DNA of 64,000 nt, from assembly GCA_944326235.1 (NCBI GenBank), contig CALVDH010000009.1, positions 4,795-68,794 on the forward strand. Reading direction: 5' to 3'. The position numbers and the translations under genes were made by a program. This stretch comes from an uncultured Bacteroidales bacterium. GTDB taxonomy: Bacteria; Bacteroidota; Bacteroidia; Bacteroidales; UBA932. Under the pieces are notes generated by a model. That model did no database searches, was not told the DNA's origin, and saw nothing but the letters and a program-made list of their open reading frames with translations. This document shows positions 29,169 to 37,915 of the stretch, piece after piece. Every line of letters begins with the position of its first letter. The stretch's first letter is position 1.

Positions 29169-30827
29169 TTAGCGGATCTTGGCAAATTCGATGTCGTTCT
29201 CGGCACGTGCTGCGAGAGCCTCATCCTTGGAAGCAATCTCGAGAGCGGCCTTTGCAGCCTCAACATCACCCTGACGTGCAGCGATGATGGCCTTCAGGTA
29301 GTTCTTGCACTGGCACTGAGCGTCAGCAAGAATGTTGGAGGCAGCGCTGAGGTTGCCGTTGAGGATGTTTACGAGAGCCTCGTTGAAGCTGTCCGCACCG
29401 TTCAGCTTGGAAGCGGCGTCAGCATACTTTCCGTTGAGGATGTCAACCACTGCGAGGTTGTACTGAGCCTCTTTCAGACCTGACTTGTTGAATGCGGCTA
29501 CTGCAGCGTCGTTGTTGCCCTTGCGGAGCTCTACGACACCGGCAGCATTATTATAATAGGTGTTGCCCTTATCGGCTACGCCTGCGAGAGCCTGCTCGGC
29601 CTCAGCATTCTTGTTCAGGGCGAGATAAGCTACACCGAGGTTGATCTTGGCGCGGTCGCTGTTGAATTTCTCAACGGCCTTCTGGTAAACGGTAACCTTC
29701 TGGTTGGCGTCCTTCAGGAGGGAACCGGCGCGGAGAAGAGCCTCCTCGTCGAGAATCTCGATGTTGTCGTTGACGAGAGCTACGAGCTCATCATTGGTGT
29801 AGTTGGTGAACTCTACGTTGGCGATGAACCTTGCGCGGCGGAGCTCAGGAAGGATGTCCTTCTTCAGGACAGTGTAGACCTGAGACATGTTCTTGATCTC
29901 TCTCTCGCGTACGGCGGGATCGCTGTACATCTCCAGGACGCGGAGGATAAGGTCGCGGTCCTCGATGTTGGAGTTGGATACGAGGGCCTTGAAGCCGTCC
30001 CAGTCCTCATCCACATTGGTGGTGTTGACGGTGGTCTCGATGGCGATATCCTTGTTGTTGATCTTCTTGTTGAAGGCGTCGCTTGCAGTCTTGGCGCGCT
30101 TTGCGGACAGCTCGGCGTTGAAGTCCTCTTTTCCGTCAGGAGAAGCGTAGGCAACGATGTCGGTGCTTACGAGCTCTCTGCGCTCATCAGCCTTGATGCT
30201 GGCGAGGAACTCCTGGAAAGCCTTGATCTCGTCGCTTCTCAGCTGAGAGGGACGTACGGTGGCGCTGTTGATCAGATAGAGAATCTGAGTCTCGTTCTGC
30301 TCGGGGATGATGGCCTGGTATGCGTCGGGTGCGTATGCGAGGCTGCCGTCAGTCTTCACGAGCATGTAAGTGGTGTTGGCTCCGTCAGCCACCTTGTAGG
30401 GAGCTGTGAAGGGAATCCTGTTCTCCTTGTGGATAACGGTCATTCTGAGCTCGAGGTGAGAGTTCTCTACGCCCTCCACATACTCGAAGTTGAATGTCTT
30501 GTTGACAGTGCCGCCGAGTTCGGGAACTACCTCGTAGTTCTCGGTTACGTCCTCACCCTGAAGCATCACGGGGTCGAGAGCGGTCTCACCGCCGTTGTAT
30601 ACGAGCACCGGAACCATCTCGACGATGGCCTTGGGGTGGAAGAAGTCTTCGGGGAATGTGACGGTAACATCGGCCTTGATGTTGCCGGCAATCACTTCGA
30701 GAACCTGGGGATTGCAGCTGACAGATACTTCCTCGGCGCTTTCCGCCATCTTCTTGGGGCTACCGCAGGAGGTGGTGATGAACAGACCTGCTGCGGCAAT
30801 CATCAGTACGTTAAAAATTTTTTTCAT
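29169..30827 (-). CDS. lipoprotein with OmpA-like segment and C-terminal TPR-like repeats
   Basis: Lipobox ITTSC. The segment ASPDGKEDFNAELSAKRAKTASDAF resembles the OmpA_C peptidoglycan-binding motif. The C-terminal third is Ala/Asn-rich helical repeats. Confidence 0.55.
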   Translation of the reverse strand: MKKIFNVLMIAAAGLFITTSCGSPKKMAESAEEVSVSCNPQVLEVIAGNIKADVTVTFPEDFFHPKAIVEMVPVLVYNGGETALDPVMLQGEDVTENYEVVPELGGTVNKTFNFEYVEGVENSHLELRMTVIHKENRIPFTAPYKVADGANTTYMLVKTDGSLAYAPDAYQAIIPEQNETQILYLINSATVRPSQLRSDEIKAFQEFLASIKADERRELVSTDIVAYASPDGKEDFNAELSAKRAKTASDAFNKKINNKDIAIETTVNTTNVDEDWDGFKALVSNSNIEDRDLILRVLEMYSDPAVREREIKNMSQVYTVLKKDILPELRRARFIANVEFTNYTNDELVALVNDNIEILDEEALLRAGSLLKDANQKVTVYQKAVEKFNSDRAKINLGVAYLALNKNAEAEQALAGVADKGNTYYNNAAGVVELRKGNNDAAVAAFNKSGLKEAQYNLAVVDILNGKYADAASKLNGADSFNEALVNILNGNLSAASNILADAQCQCKNYLKAIIAARQGDVEAAKAALEIASKDEALAARAENDIEFAKIR

Positions 30828-30912
30828 TACAGATATTTTAAAAAGTTATTATATCTTTAACTAAAGTAAACGCAAATATAATAATAATTTGAGTTTTGAC
30901 GACAAAAAATGA

Positions 30913-30920
30913 TAACTTTG
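30913..30920 (+). promoter_or_regulatory. -7 box for the sigma-54 activator (leaderless-like spacing)
   Basis: TAACTTTG ends 5 nt before the ATG at 30926. Confidence 0.35.
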
Positions 30921-30925
30921 CAGAT

Positions 30926-32161
30926 ATGGAACTCAGCGAAATCAAGAACCGCTTCGGTATTATAGGCAATGATCCGAGGCTTAACAGTGCGATAGACACC
31001 GCAATACAGATTGCGGGGACCAGTCTGTCAGTCCTTATCACCGGGGAAAGCGGCGTGGGCAAGGAGGTGATACCTAAGATTATACATGCTTATAGCCCGC
31101 GCAAGCACAACAATTACATCGCCATCAACTGCGGAGCGATTCCGGAGGGCACTATCGAGTCCGAGCTTTTCGGGCACGAGAAGGGGTCGTTTACCGGAGC
31201 CAACGAGGCGAGGAAGGGATATTTTGAGACTGCGGACAAGGGTACCATCTTCCTGGACGAGGTGGGCGAGCTGCCCCTTCCTACCCAGGCCCGTCTGCTG
31301 AGAGTGCTGGAGTCCGGAGAATTCATCCGCGTAGGCTCTTCCAAGACTCAGAAAACGGATGTCCGCGTCATAGCTGCCTCCAACGTCAATTTCCAGCATG
31401 CCATACGCAACGGCCGGTTCCGCGAGGACCTGTACTACCGTCTTAATGCCGTACCTATATCCATTCCGCCCCTGAGGGAGCGTAAGGGCGACATCCACCT
31501 GCTTTTCATGAAATTTGCCCTGGACTTCGCCGACAAATACAGGATGCCCGCAGTGAGACTCACTCCCGAGGCCAGAATCCTCCTGGAGTCCTACCGCTGG
31601 CCGGGCAATATCCGTCAGCTCAAGAATGTCGCGGAGCAGATTTCCATTCTGGAGAAAGACCGTCAGGTGACTCCGGATGTACTCGTGCGGTATCTCCCTC
31701 CGGATGATCCGAACCAGATGCCGGTGCGTGGCTGCGACAGCGGAACGGCCGGCAATATCCAGGATCGCGACATCATCTTCAAGATGCTTTTCCAGCTCCG
31801 GGAGGAGATGGATGAGCTCAAGTCCATGGTGACCGGGACGAGGGTGGTGGACGCTCCGGCCGTAGGCCCGGTGCATACCGACCATACAGCGCATGCCCTG
31901 CCCGTGAAAGTTTCCGATGTCCCGGAGTTCCCGCACAAGCTTTCCCACGACTATTCGATCACGGTGCCTGCTGCGGAGGTGATTCCGGAGCCGGTGAAGG
32001 AGGATGATGCACCCCGCACCATCCAGGACGTGAACGACGATATGATCCGCCGGGCCCTGGAGAAGCATGAGGGGAGGAGGAAGGCCGCAGCGGCCGAGCT
32101 CGGTATTTCGGAGAGAACATTGTACCGAAAGATTAAAGAATTGAAAATAAACGAGAAGTAA
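30926..32161 (+). CDS. sigma-54-dependent Fis-family transcriptional activator (no receiver domain)
   Basis: The track start at 30896 is a TTG, so I use ATG 30926 (MELSEIKNRFG). Walker A GESGVGKE, GAFTGA-type loop GSFTGA, Walker B IFLDEVGE and HTH ELGISERTLYRKIKEL. Confidence 0.88.
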   Translation: MELSEIKNRFGIIGNDPRLNSAIDTAIQIAGTSLSVLITGESGVGKEVIPKIIHAYSPRKHNNYIAINCGAIPEGTIESELFGHEKGSFTGANEARKGYFETADKGTIFLDEVGELPLPTQARLLRVLESGEFIRVGSSKTQKTDVRVIAASNVNFQHAIRNGRFREDLYYRLNAVPISIPPLRERKGDIHLLFMKFALDFADKYRMPAVRLTPEARILLESYRWPGNIRQLKNVAEQISILEKDRQVTPDVLVRYLPPDDPNQMPVRGCDSGTAGNIQDRDIIFKMLFQLREEMDELKSMVTGTRVVDAPAVGPVHTDHTAHALPVKVSDVPEFPHKLSHDYSITVPAAEVIPEPVKEDDAPRTIQDVNDDMIRRALEKHEGRRKAAAAELGISERTLYRKIKELKINEK

Positions 32162-32670
32162 TGATGAAGAGAATAATTAGGGCTATTCTTCCTCTTCTGG
32201 CGGCAGCGGCCGTCTCCGGATGCGGGATCTACTCTTTCTCCGGAACGTCCATACAGCCGGATGTCAAGACGATAGCCGTGGAGTATTTTCAGAACAATGC
32301 ATTGAAGGTCAATCCTACGCTGGCGTCCAACCTCTCCGATGCCCTGATTGACCAGTACAGGAGGCTGACCAGCCTGGACATCCTGCCCGAGAACGGAGAT
32401 ATGAATGTCTCCGGCGAGATAACGTCCTACGACACCAAGCCTATGGCCGTGACGGCCGACGAGGTCGCCTCGCAGAACCGTCTTACCGTAACGGTCAAGA
32501 TTTACTTTACGAACCGCCTGCATCCCGAAGAGGATTTTGAGAAGTCCTTCTCGGCGTACGCGGACTATGATTCCAACCAGCTGCTCGATGCGGTGGAGTC
32601 CTCGCTCTGCGACGAGATTATCGACATACTGGTGGAGGATATATTCAATGCCACTGTGGCCAACTGGTAA
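32161..32670 (+). CDS. lptE: LptE-like LPS-assembly lipoprotein
   Basis: Lipobox VSGC, 169 aa. TAATG overlap with the activator stop. Assignment rests on size, position and recollection of this conserved Bacteroidota cluster. Confidence 0.6.
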   Translation: MMKRIIRAILPLLAAAAVSGCGIYSFSGTSIQPDVKTIAVEYFQNNALKVNPTLASNLSDALIDQYRRLTSLDILPENGDMNVSGEITSYDTKPMAVTADEVASQNRLTVTVKIYFTNRLHPEEDFEKSFSAYADYDSNQLLDAVESSLCDEIIDILVEDIFNATVANW

Positions 32671-32674
32671 TGCT

Positions 32675-33328
32675 ATGGAAGTTTACAGTCTGAAAGGATA
32701 TTCCGTGTCGGAACTTGAGAAACTGCTTGAGACCTGTCCCTGGTTTCCTATAGCGCGGAAGGAACTGTTCCTGAAAATGTCCGCTATGGGGGAGGAATAC
32801 CGCAGGGACATGCTCCGCAGGACAGTGCTGTATCTCTATCCCGAGTACAGCGTGTTCAGGGAGGCTTATGTTATCTCTTCGGCCGCTGTGGTGAATGAGG
32901 CGGAGCAGATGCCTGACCAGGTGTATGAGCTGGACCTGCATGACGGCGGCATGACCGGGAGTGCCGGTTTTGACAGTACGGAAGCTGCGGAAAGCGGCGG
33001 CGAAGCGAAGGAGGACAGGACCGCTGCTGTTGCGGAGATGAAGAAGCAGATATATGTGGTGGGATATGACTATTTCATGCCGGAGGAGCTCCGCAATGTC
33101 CAGGACAGGGATATCTCGTCGCTCGGAATAAGTCATGACGGCCAGGCCGCCGGCGACAGCTCGGAATTCACGGACGGAGCATATTATACAGAGACTCTTG
33201 CCAGGATTTATGCCGATCAGGAGCTGTATGACAGGGCAAATGAGGTATATGAGAAACTAATTTTGCTATATCCGGAAAAAAGTGCTTACTTTGCAGCCCT
33301 TAAAAACGATATAAAGAAACATTTGTAA
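32675..33328 (+). CDS. hypothetical protein (TPR-like C-terminus)
   Basis: Track ORF 32537..33328 trimmed to the ATG at 32675 (MEVYSLKGYS), after the lptE stop. The C-terminus ARIYADQELYDRANEVYEKLILLYPEKSAYFAAL is TPR-like. Confidence 0.5.
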   Translation: MEVYSLKGYSVSELEKLLETCPWFPIARKELFLKMSAMGEEYRRDMLRRTVLYLYPEYSVFREAYVISSAAVVNEAEQMPDQVYELDLHDGGMTGSAGFDSTEAAESGGEAKEDRTAAVAEMKKQIYVVGYDYFMPEELRNVQDRDISSLGISHDGQAAGDSSEFTDGAYYTETLARIYADQELYDRANEVYEKLILLYPEKSAYFAALKNDIKKHL

Positions 33329-33332
33329 AGTT

Positions 33333-33689
33333 ATGTTCATAGCAATTTTGATTTTGATAATCATCGCGAGCATCCTGCTCACCTTCGTAGTACTGATTCA
33401 GAACTCCAAGGGAGGCGGACTTGCCGCCAACTTCGCGGCCGGCAACCAGACATTCGGCGTGCGCCAGACAGCTGACTTCCTCGAGAAGGCCACCTGGACT
33501 CTGGCTATCATCATACTTGCCCTCTGTATTCTGGCTACGGCTTTCACTCCTTCCAGAAAACAGGGTGACAACGCGGTTCTCCAGCGTCTTGAGCAGACCG
33601 GCACCAACACCGGTGCGCCTGAGTTCCCCACCACCCTTCCCGGTGGAGAGGCCGCTCCCATTGAGCCTGTTGAGACTCCCGCCGAGTAA
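33333..33689 (+). CDS. secG: preprotein translocase subunit SecG
   Basis: N-terminal TM plus LIQNSKGGGLA motif and a second TM. 118 aa. Confidence 0.85.
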   Translation: MFIAILILIIIASILLTFVVLIQNSKGGGLAANFAAGNQTFGVRQTADFLEKATWTLAIIILALCILATAFTPSRKQGDNAVLQRLEQTGTNTGAPEFPTTLPGGEAAPIEPVETPAE

Positions 33690-33712
33690 AGCGGACGCTG
33701 AGGCCTGTAGAC

Positions 33713-33756
33713 AAAAAAAGTCTGCCCCGCGCATGAGCGTGAGGCAGACTTTTTTG
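33713..33756. terminator. bidirectional rho-independent terminator candidate
   Basis: AAAAAAAGTCTGCC-N16-GGCAGACTTTTTTG. Confidence 0.7.
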
Positions 33757-33775
33757 TACCCTGTGCCGCGGAGTG

Positions 33776-35287
33776 TCAGTCGAGCTCCTCGACTATGCGG
33801 AGGAAGCGGTTGGAGCAGAAGTCGAAGTATCCGTCGAATTCGTGATGTACAGGTTCCCGTACTATGACCTTGGTGTATTTGCCGATGTTCAGGGAGACTC
33901 TGCGCTCGATGTCGGTGACGTGGGCGTCGGATGAGAATATGATCGGATCCAGACGCAGGGTCTGTCCGTCCAGAGTCCAGAAGGTCGTGGAGTCCTTCCT
34001 GGCCATCTGCTCCAGTCTCATGCCTTCGGTGATGTACCTGGCGTAGGAGCGGAGCGTGCCGTCGTCGTCGTACCGGTTGAGGTAGATGTCCGGATATACC
34101 ACCAGGAACGGCTCTCCGCTGTCCTTGCCCATGTACAGGAGGTCGTAGCCTGTATGGTCGGCGTCGATGAGCACGTCGTAGTCCTTCCATTGCGATGCGC
34201 CCGTGAACTCAATGTACAGGGTATCGGCAGCCGGCAGCTGTGCCCTCCTTACCTGGGTGTCCATGCTGCGGATGGTGGACAGGCTGCCCAGCGAGACGCC
34301 TATGAGAGCCAGCAGGGACACCACCCATAGGATGAAGATGATCAGCCCGGGCCTCCACCTGGGAGCCTTGAGCCGGAAAAGCATGAGAATGCCTCCGTAG
34401 AGCATGCCGATGAACGGGAGTATGGCCACTATGCACACCAGTATGGATATAAGGGTCGTGGCCCATACAGGAGTGTCGGAGATGAGGGACAGGAACCAGG
34501 ATGTGCCGAAGGCGTACAGTCCGTTCCAGATGCCCAGTCCGAATGCCGCCAGTACGGTCGCCGCCGTGCCGGCCATGCCTATGAGCAGCAGTAAGATGCC
34601 CATGCACATCTCTATTCCGCGGCCGAGGGCCTTCCAGAATCCGCCGGTGCTTCTTACCCCCTCGCGGACGCCTTTTCCGACGCGGCTGCTGACCTCCCTC
34701 GCCTCGCGCTCCACTGTTTTCTGGATATTTTTCAGGGATACCGAGCCGCCCTTCATGCTGTAGCGCTGCTCGACCGTGCGGGCCTCGGGCATTGAAATCC
34801 ACAGAATGACGTATGCGAACATGCCCATTACCGACATGCCCCAGCCCCAGTCCTCGAATATCTCCAGCCAGAAAAAGAAGAATACCCAGACTGCGAAGGC
34901 GATACGGAATATCAGGGGATCTACGGAAAAATAGGCTCCGAGGCCTCCGCATACGCCTCCCAGTATTTTATTGTCCGGGTCGCGGAACACTCTCTTCTTG
35001 TTCCGGGGCTGGTCTCCGCTTTCGGCTTCTGAGTCGAAGTCCTCGGGGCGGCCTAGTATGTTGATGATCTCCTGGACCGCTTCGGCGGGTACGACCTTGT
35101 CCCTGTATCCCCTGTCGGTCAGCAGCTCGGCTATGCGGGACTCTATCTCGGAGAGAATCTCCCCGCAGTTGGCGCTGCCCCTGTAGTGGGACTTGAGACT
35201 GTCAAGATAGTCCTCCATCAGTCCGTGGGCGTCCTTGTCCAGGGTGAACGCTATGTTTCCTATGCTTACTTTTACTACCTGTTGCAT
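33776..35287 (-). CDS. PspC domain-containing membrane protein (large)
   Basis: PspC motif ILGGVCGGLGAYFSVDPLIFRIAFAVW, several TM segments and a C-terminal soluble domain. Confidence 0.8.
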   Translation of the reverse strand: MQQVVKVSIGNIAFTLDKDAHGLMEDYLDSLKSHYRGSANCGEILSEIESRIAELLTDRGYRDKVVPAEAVQEIINILGRPEDFDSEAESGDQPRNKKRVFRDPDNKILGGVCGGLGAYFSVDPLIFRIAFAVWVFFFFWLEIFEDWGWGMSVMGMFAYVILWISMPEARTVEQRYSMKGGSVSLKNIQKTVEREAREVSSRVGKGVREGVRSTGGFWKALGRGIEMCMGILLLLIGMAGTAATVLAAFGLGIWNGLYAFGTSWFLSLISDTPVWATTLISILVCIVAILPFIGMLYGGILMLFRLKAPRWRPGLIIFILWVVSLLALIGVSLGSLSTIRSMDTQVRRAQLPAADTLYIEFTGASQWKDYDVLIDADHTGYDLLYMGKDSGEPFLVVYPDIYLNRYDDDGTLRSYARYITEGMRLEQMARKDSTTFWTLDGQTLRLDPIIFSSDAHVTDIERRVSLNIGKYTKVIVREPVHHEFDGYFDFCSNRFLRIVEELD

Positions 35288-35628
35288 GGCTGAATGTTTT
35301 TAATGGTTTCTATTGACTCCACCAGCTCCTGCCATGCGGAGTCCATCTCGGCGAGAGCCTGACGGCCCTTGTCCGTTATCTGATAATATTTCCGCGGGGG
35401 ACCCTGGGGAGACTCCTCCCAGCGGTAGGTGAGCAGCCCCTGGTTCTTCTGGCGGATCAGGAGCGGGTAGATGGTGCCTTCGACCACTATCATCCGGGCT
35501 GCCTTGAGCTCGGAGAGGATGGAGGTGGCGTAGGAGTCCTTCTTGCTGAGTATGCAGAGTATGCAGTACTCGAGGACGCCGCGGCGCATCTGGGTTCTTA
35601 CGTTCTCTGCGTTGGTGTAGATGTCCAT
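35275..35628 (-). CDS. PadR-family transcriptional regulator
   Basis: LEYCILCILSKKDSYATSILSEL...GTIYPLLIRQKNQGLL winged helix. Overlaps the downstream PspC gene start by 13 nt. Confidence 0.92.
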   Translation of the reverse strand: MDIYTNAENVRTQMRRGVLEYCILCILSKKDSYATSILSELKAARMIVVEGTIYPLLIRQKNQGLLTYRWEESPQGPPRKYYQITDKGRQALAEMDSAWQELVESIETIKNIQPCNR

Positions 35629-35640
35629 GACTGTTCCTCC

Positions 35641-36231
35641 CTAATTAGTTGAATTGTAGAATCTGCGCATATTCTCGGCCGTGACTGGGAGACCGTGCAT
35701 CCGGCATTTCTCCGCGCTGGTGCGGGCGGCCGGGACGGCTATCCAGAGGATGATGTACACCCAGCCCCCGAAGGAGCCGAAGAGGAAGAGGCAGACGAAG
35801 AGGATGCGGATGACCAGCACATCCACGTCGAAGTAGCAGGCCAGGCCGGAGGCGACTCCGCCGAGGACGTTGTGGTCCTTGTCGCGGTAGAGTTTCCGGA
35901 CGGGGCGGCTTTCGCGGCCGGAGTGCCAGTACTCTCCGGTGCCGCCGCCCGCGGGGCCTGTACTTCCGGGAGCTGTCGAGCCGTCGGGCATACCGAGCTG
36001 GGCGATGACCCGCTCTACGAGGGAGATGTCCACTACCTCCTGGCGGGAGGACAGGGATTCGGAGAAGATCTCAGCGATACGCATCTCCAGGTCATCCATG
36101 ACCTCCTTGGTCTGATAACCCAAGCCGGTGCGGCTGCGGAAGGCGTCGAGATAGGCGCTGAGACGGTCGAAGGCGTCCTCGTCGATGACGAAGCTGCGGC
36201 CTCCGATACCTACATTGAGAACTTGTTTCAT
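35641..36231 (-). CDS. PspC domain-containing protein (small)
   Basis: VLGGVASGLACYFDVDVLVIRILFVCLF followed by a TM segment. Confidence 0.8.
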   Translation of the reverse strand: MKQVLNVGIGGRSFVIDEDAFDRLSAYLDAFRSRTGLGYQTKEVMDDLEMRIAEIFSESLSSRQEVVDISLVERVIAQLGMPDGSTAPGSTGPAGGGTGEYWHSGRESRPVRKLYRDKDHNVLGGVASGLACYFDVDVLVIRILFVCLFLFGSFGGWVYIILWIAVPAARTSAEKCRMHGLPVTAENMRRFYNSTN

Positions 36232-36268
36232 AACTTTACTATTGTATGGTGTTGATTATTCTGCAATG

Positions 36269-36276
36269 CAAATATA
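36269..36276 (-). promoter_or_regulatory. -7 box candidate for the PspC-PadR-PspC operon
   Basis: CAAATATA on the plus strand equals TATATTTG on the minus strand, 37 nt from the ATG at 36231. Confidence 0.35.
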
Positions 36277-36350
36277 TGTAAAATTTTTATTACCTTGTAT
36301 CACAAAGTACATAAAATATAATAAATCTTTGTGCCGTATATGCCGTGCAC

Positions 36351-37790
36351 CTATCGGAAGAGATCTTCCATTGTTATGATACTCTGAATCTTTCCGGCGT
36401 ATTCGTTGCTCCGTAGACCATACGTTGTGATGAATGTCTGATGAATGGCCTTTTTAGGGCGGGCAACATCAAGGAATGTCTGAAGGCGGTCTCTCAACTT
36501 ACGGTCGTAGTCTTTTGTGACAGTATATTCAGACAGACTGAATTTGATTTCGCACAGGTTTATGATTCTGTCTGCCCTGTCTATCAGCATGTCAATCTGT
36601 GTGCCGTCGTGTGTCTCATCCCCTTTGAATGTCCAGGAAAATGTTTCTGTGTGTACTCCGGATATTCCAAGTGCCGATTTGATCTGACGGATATGTGCGA
36701 AACAGACATTTTCAAAAGCAAGACCTCTCCAGGCGTTGATGCCCGGGGAAAACAGACTGTTTTCCCAGAACGTTTCATCGTTGGTCTTGTGACCGTCTAT
36801 GAATTTGAGATAAAACAGGCAGAAAGGGTCTGTCAGTCTGTACCGCAGATCCCTTGAGCGTCCGGAAAAGTCCTGGAACGCGGATATGAAACCGTTCTCT
36901 CTCAGGACTCTGAGTATTTTAGTGAGACCTCCGCCTGATGACGGGGCCTTTGCCGCTATTTCCTCCCTGGTATAACCGTTGCTGGAGGTTGAGAGGAACC
37001 GTACGATGTGTTTGTAGTCTTCCGGATTTACAAACAGTGAGTTGAACAGCCTGTCAAACTCATTTGATAATTCAGATCCGTGTTTGAATAAGAGATAATC
37101 CACATTCTGGGCCAGGCTCCGTTCCTTTGTCAAGGAGTTCAGGTAATAAGGGATGCCCCCGAATATCATCCAGCTTTGTACGATATCGTATCGGTCTATT
37201 CTGACCTGATTGAGTCGAAACAGTTTTTCAGTCTCTGCCAATGTCATCGGAGACAGGCAAATCTGCTTGGTGAGACGTCCGTAAAGTCCTCCTGTATTGT
37301 TTATCAGATTGTCGTTGATCCATGAGGTGGCAGAGCCGCATACAATCAGCATAAGATTGTCCTGTCCTGCACCCCATCCGTTCCAGAAATGTTCCAAAGC
37401 GGTTATAAAGCCTGAGCGATGAGTATCCATCCACGGTACTTCGTCCAGGAAAACAACCTGTCTGGTTTCTTTTCCCTTGCTTTCCAGTAATTCAATCAGT
37501 AGATTGAATGCTTCCATCCAACTGGAAGGAGCAGTGGTGTTTCCTGAACCGTAACGCGCCAGTGACAATGTGAAGTTGCGTAATTGTTCGGACAGCAGTT
37601 TCTTGCCGTTTAGCTCAAAAGGCGAAAGTCCTGTATGGTAGAATGCGAATCTGTCCTTGAACATTTCTCTTATTAGGAAAGTCTTCCCGATCCGTCGTCT
37701 TCCATAGACCGCGATAAATTCACTTTTGCCACTGTAGTACAAGCTATTAAGAGCCGATTGCTCAAGATCTCTTCCTATTATTTCCGTCAT
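36351..37790 (-). CDS. orphan P-loop NTPase (Arch_ATPase/DUF234-like)
   Basis: Walker A YGRRRIGKT and Walker B VVFLDEVPW. The C-terminal ~200 aa resemble a wHTH/DUF234-type tail. The sampled line is about 43% GC. Confidence 0.75.
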   Translation of the reverse strand: MTEIIGRDLEQSALNSLYYSGKSEFIAVYGRRRIGKTFLIREMFKDRFAFYHTGLSPFELNGKKLLSEQLRNFTLSLARYGSGNTTAPSSWMEAFNLLIELLESKGKETRQVVFLDEVPWMDTHRSGFITALEHFWNGWGAGQDNLMLIVCGSATSWINDNLINNTGGLYGRLTKQICLSPMTLAETEKLFRLNQVRIDRYDIVQSWMIFGGIPYYLNSLTKERSLAQNVDYLLFKHGSELSNEFDRLFNSLFVNPEDYKHIVRFLSTSSNGYTREEIAAKAPSSGGGLTKILRVLRENGFISAFQDFSGRSRDLRYRLTDPFCLFYLKFIDGHKTNDETFWENSLFSPGINAWRGLAFENVCFAHIRQIKSALGISGVHTETFSWTFKGDETHDGTQIDMLIDRADRIINLCEIKFSLSEYTVTKDYDRKLRDRLQTFLDVARPKKAIHQTFITTYGLRSNEYAGKIQSIITMEDLFR

Positions 37791-37805
37791 AATGTCAAAT
37801 TAAGT

Positions 37806-37898
37806 TTGCCAAAAGTAGTTAAAAAAGTTGGTTTTAGCAAGAGTTTGTATATTAAAACTTGCCAAAAGTAGTTAAAAAAGTTGGTTTTGGCAAGAGTT
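37806..37898. repeat. direct duplication (2 x 40 bp, period 53) of a palindromic promoter module
   Basis: 37806..37845 and 37859..37898 differ at one base. Each contains TTGCCAAAA...TTTT(A/G)GCAA arms and CAAAAGTA (TACTTTTG on the minus strand) at 37810..37817 and 37863..37870. It lies upstream of the ATG at 37790. Confidence 0.85.
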
Positions 37899-37915
37899 CG
37901 TGAGTCCGGATGACC

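Noticed and set aside
33300-34952. Arg/Pro/Gly/His-rich ORFs 33300..34190 (-) and 34209..34952 (-), which lie out of frame on the same strand as the large PspC gene (33300..34190 also runs antisense across secG).
   Set aside because: Composition is typical of off-frame translation of GC-rich coding DNA. The in-frame product carries the PspC motif and TM segments.
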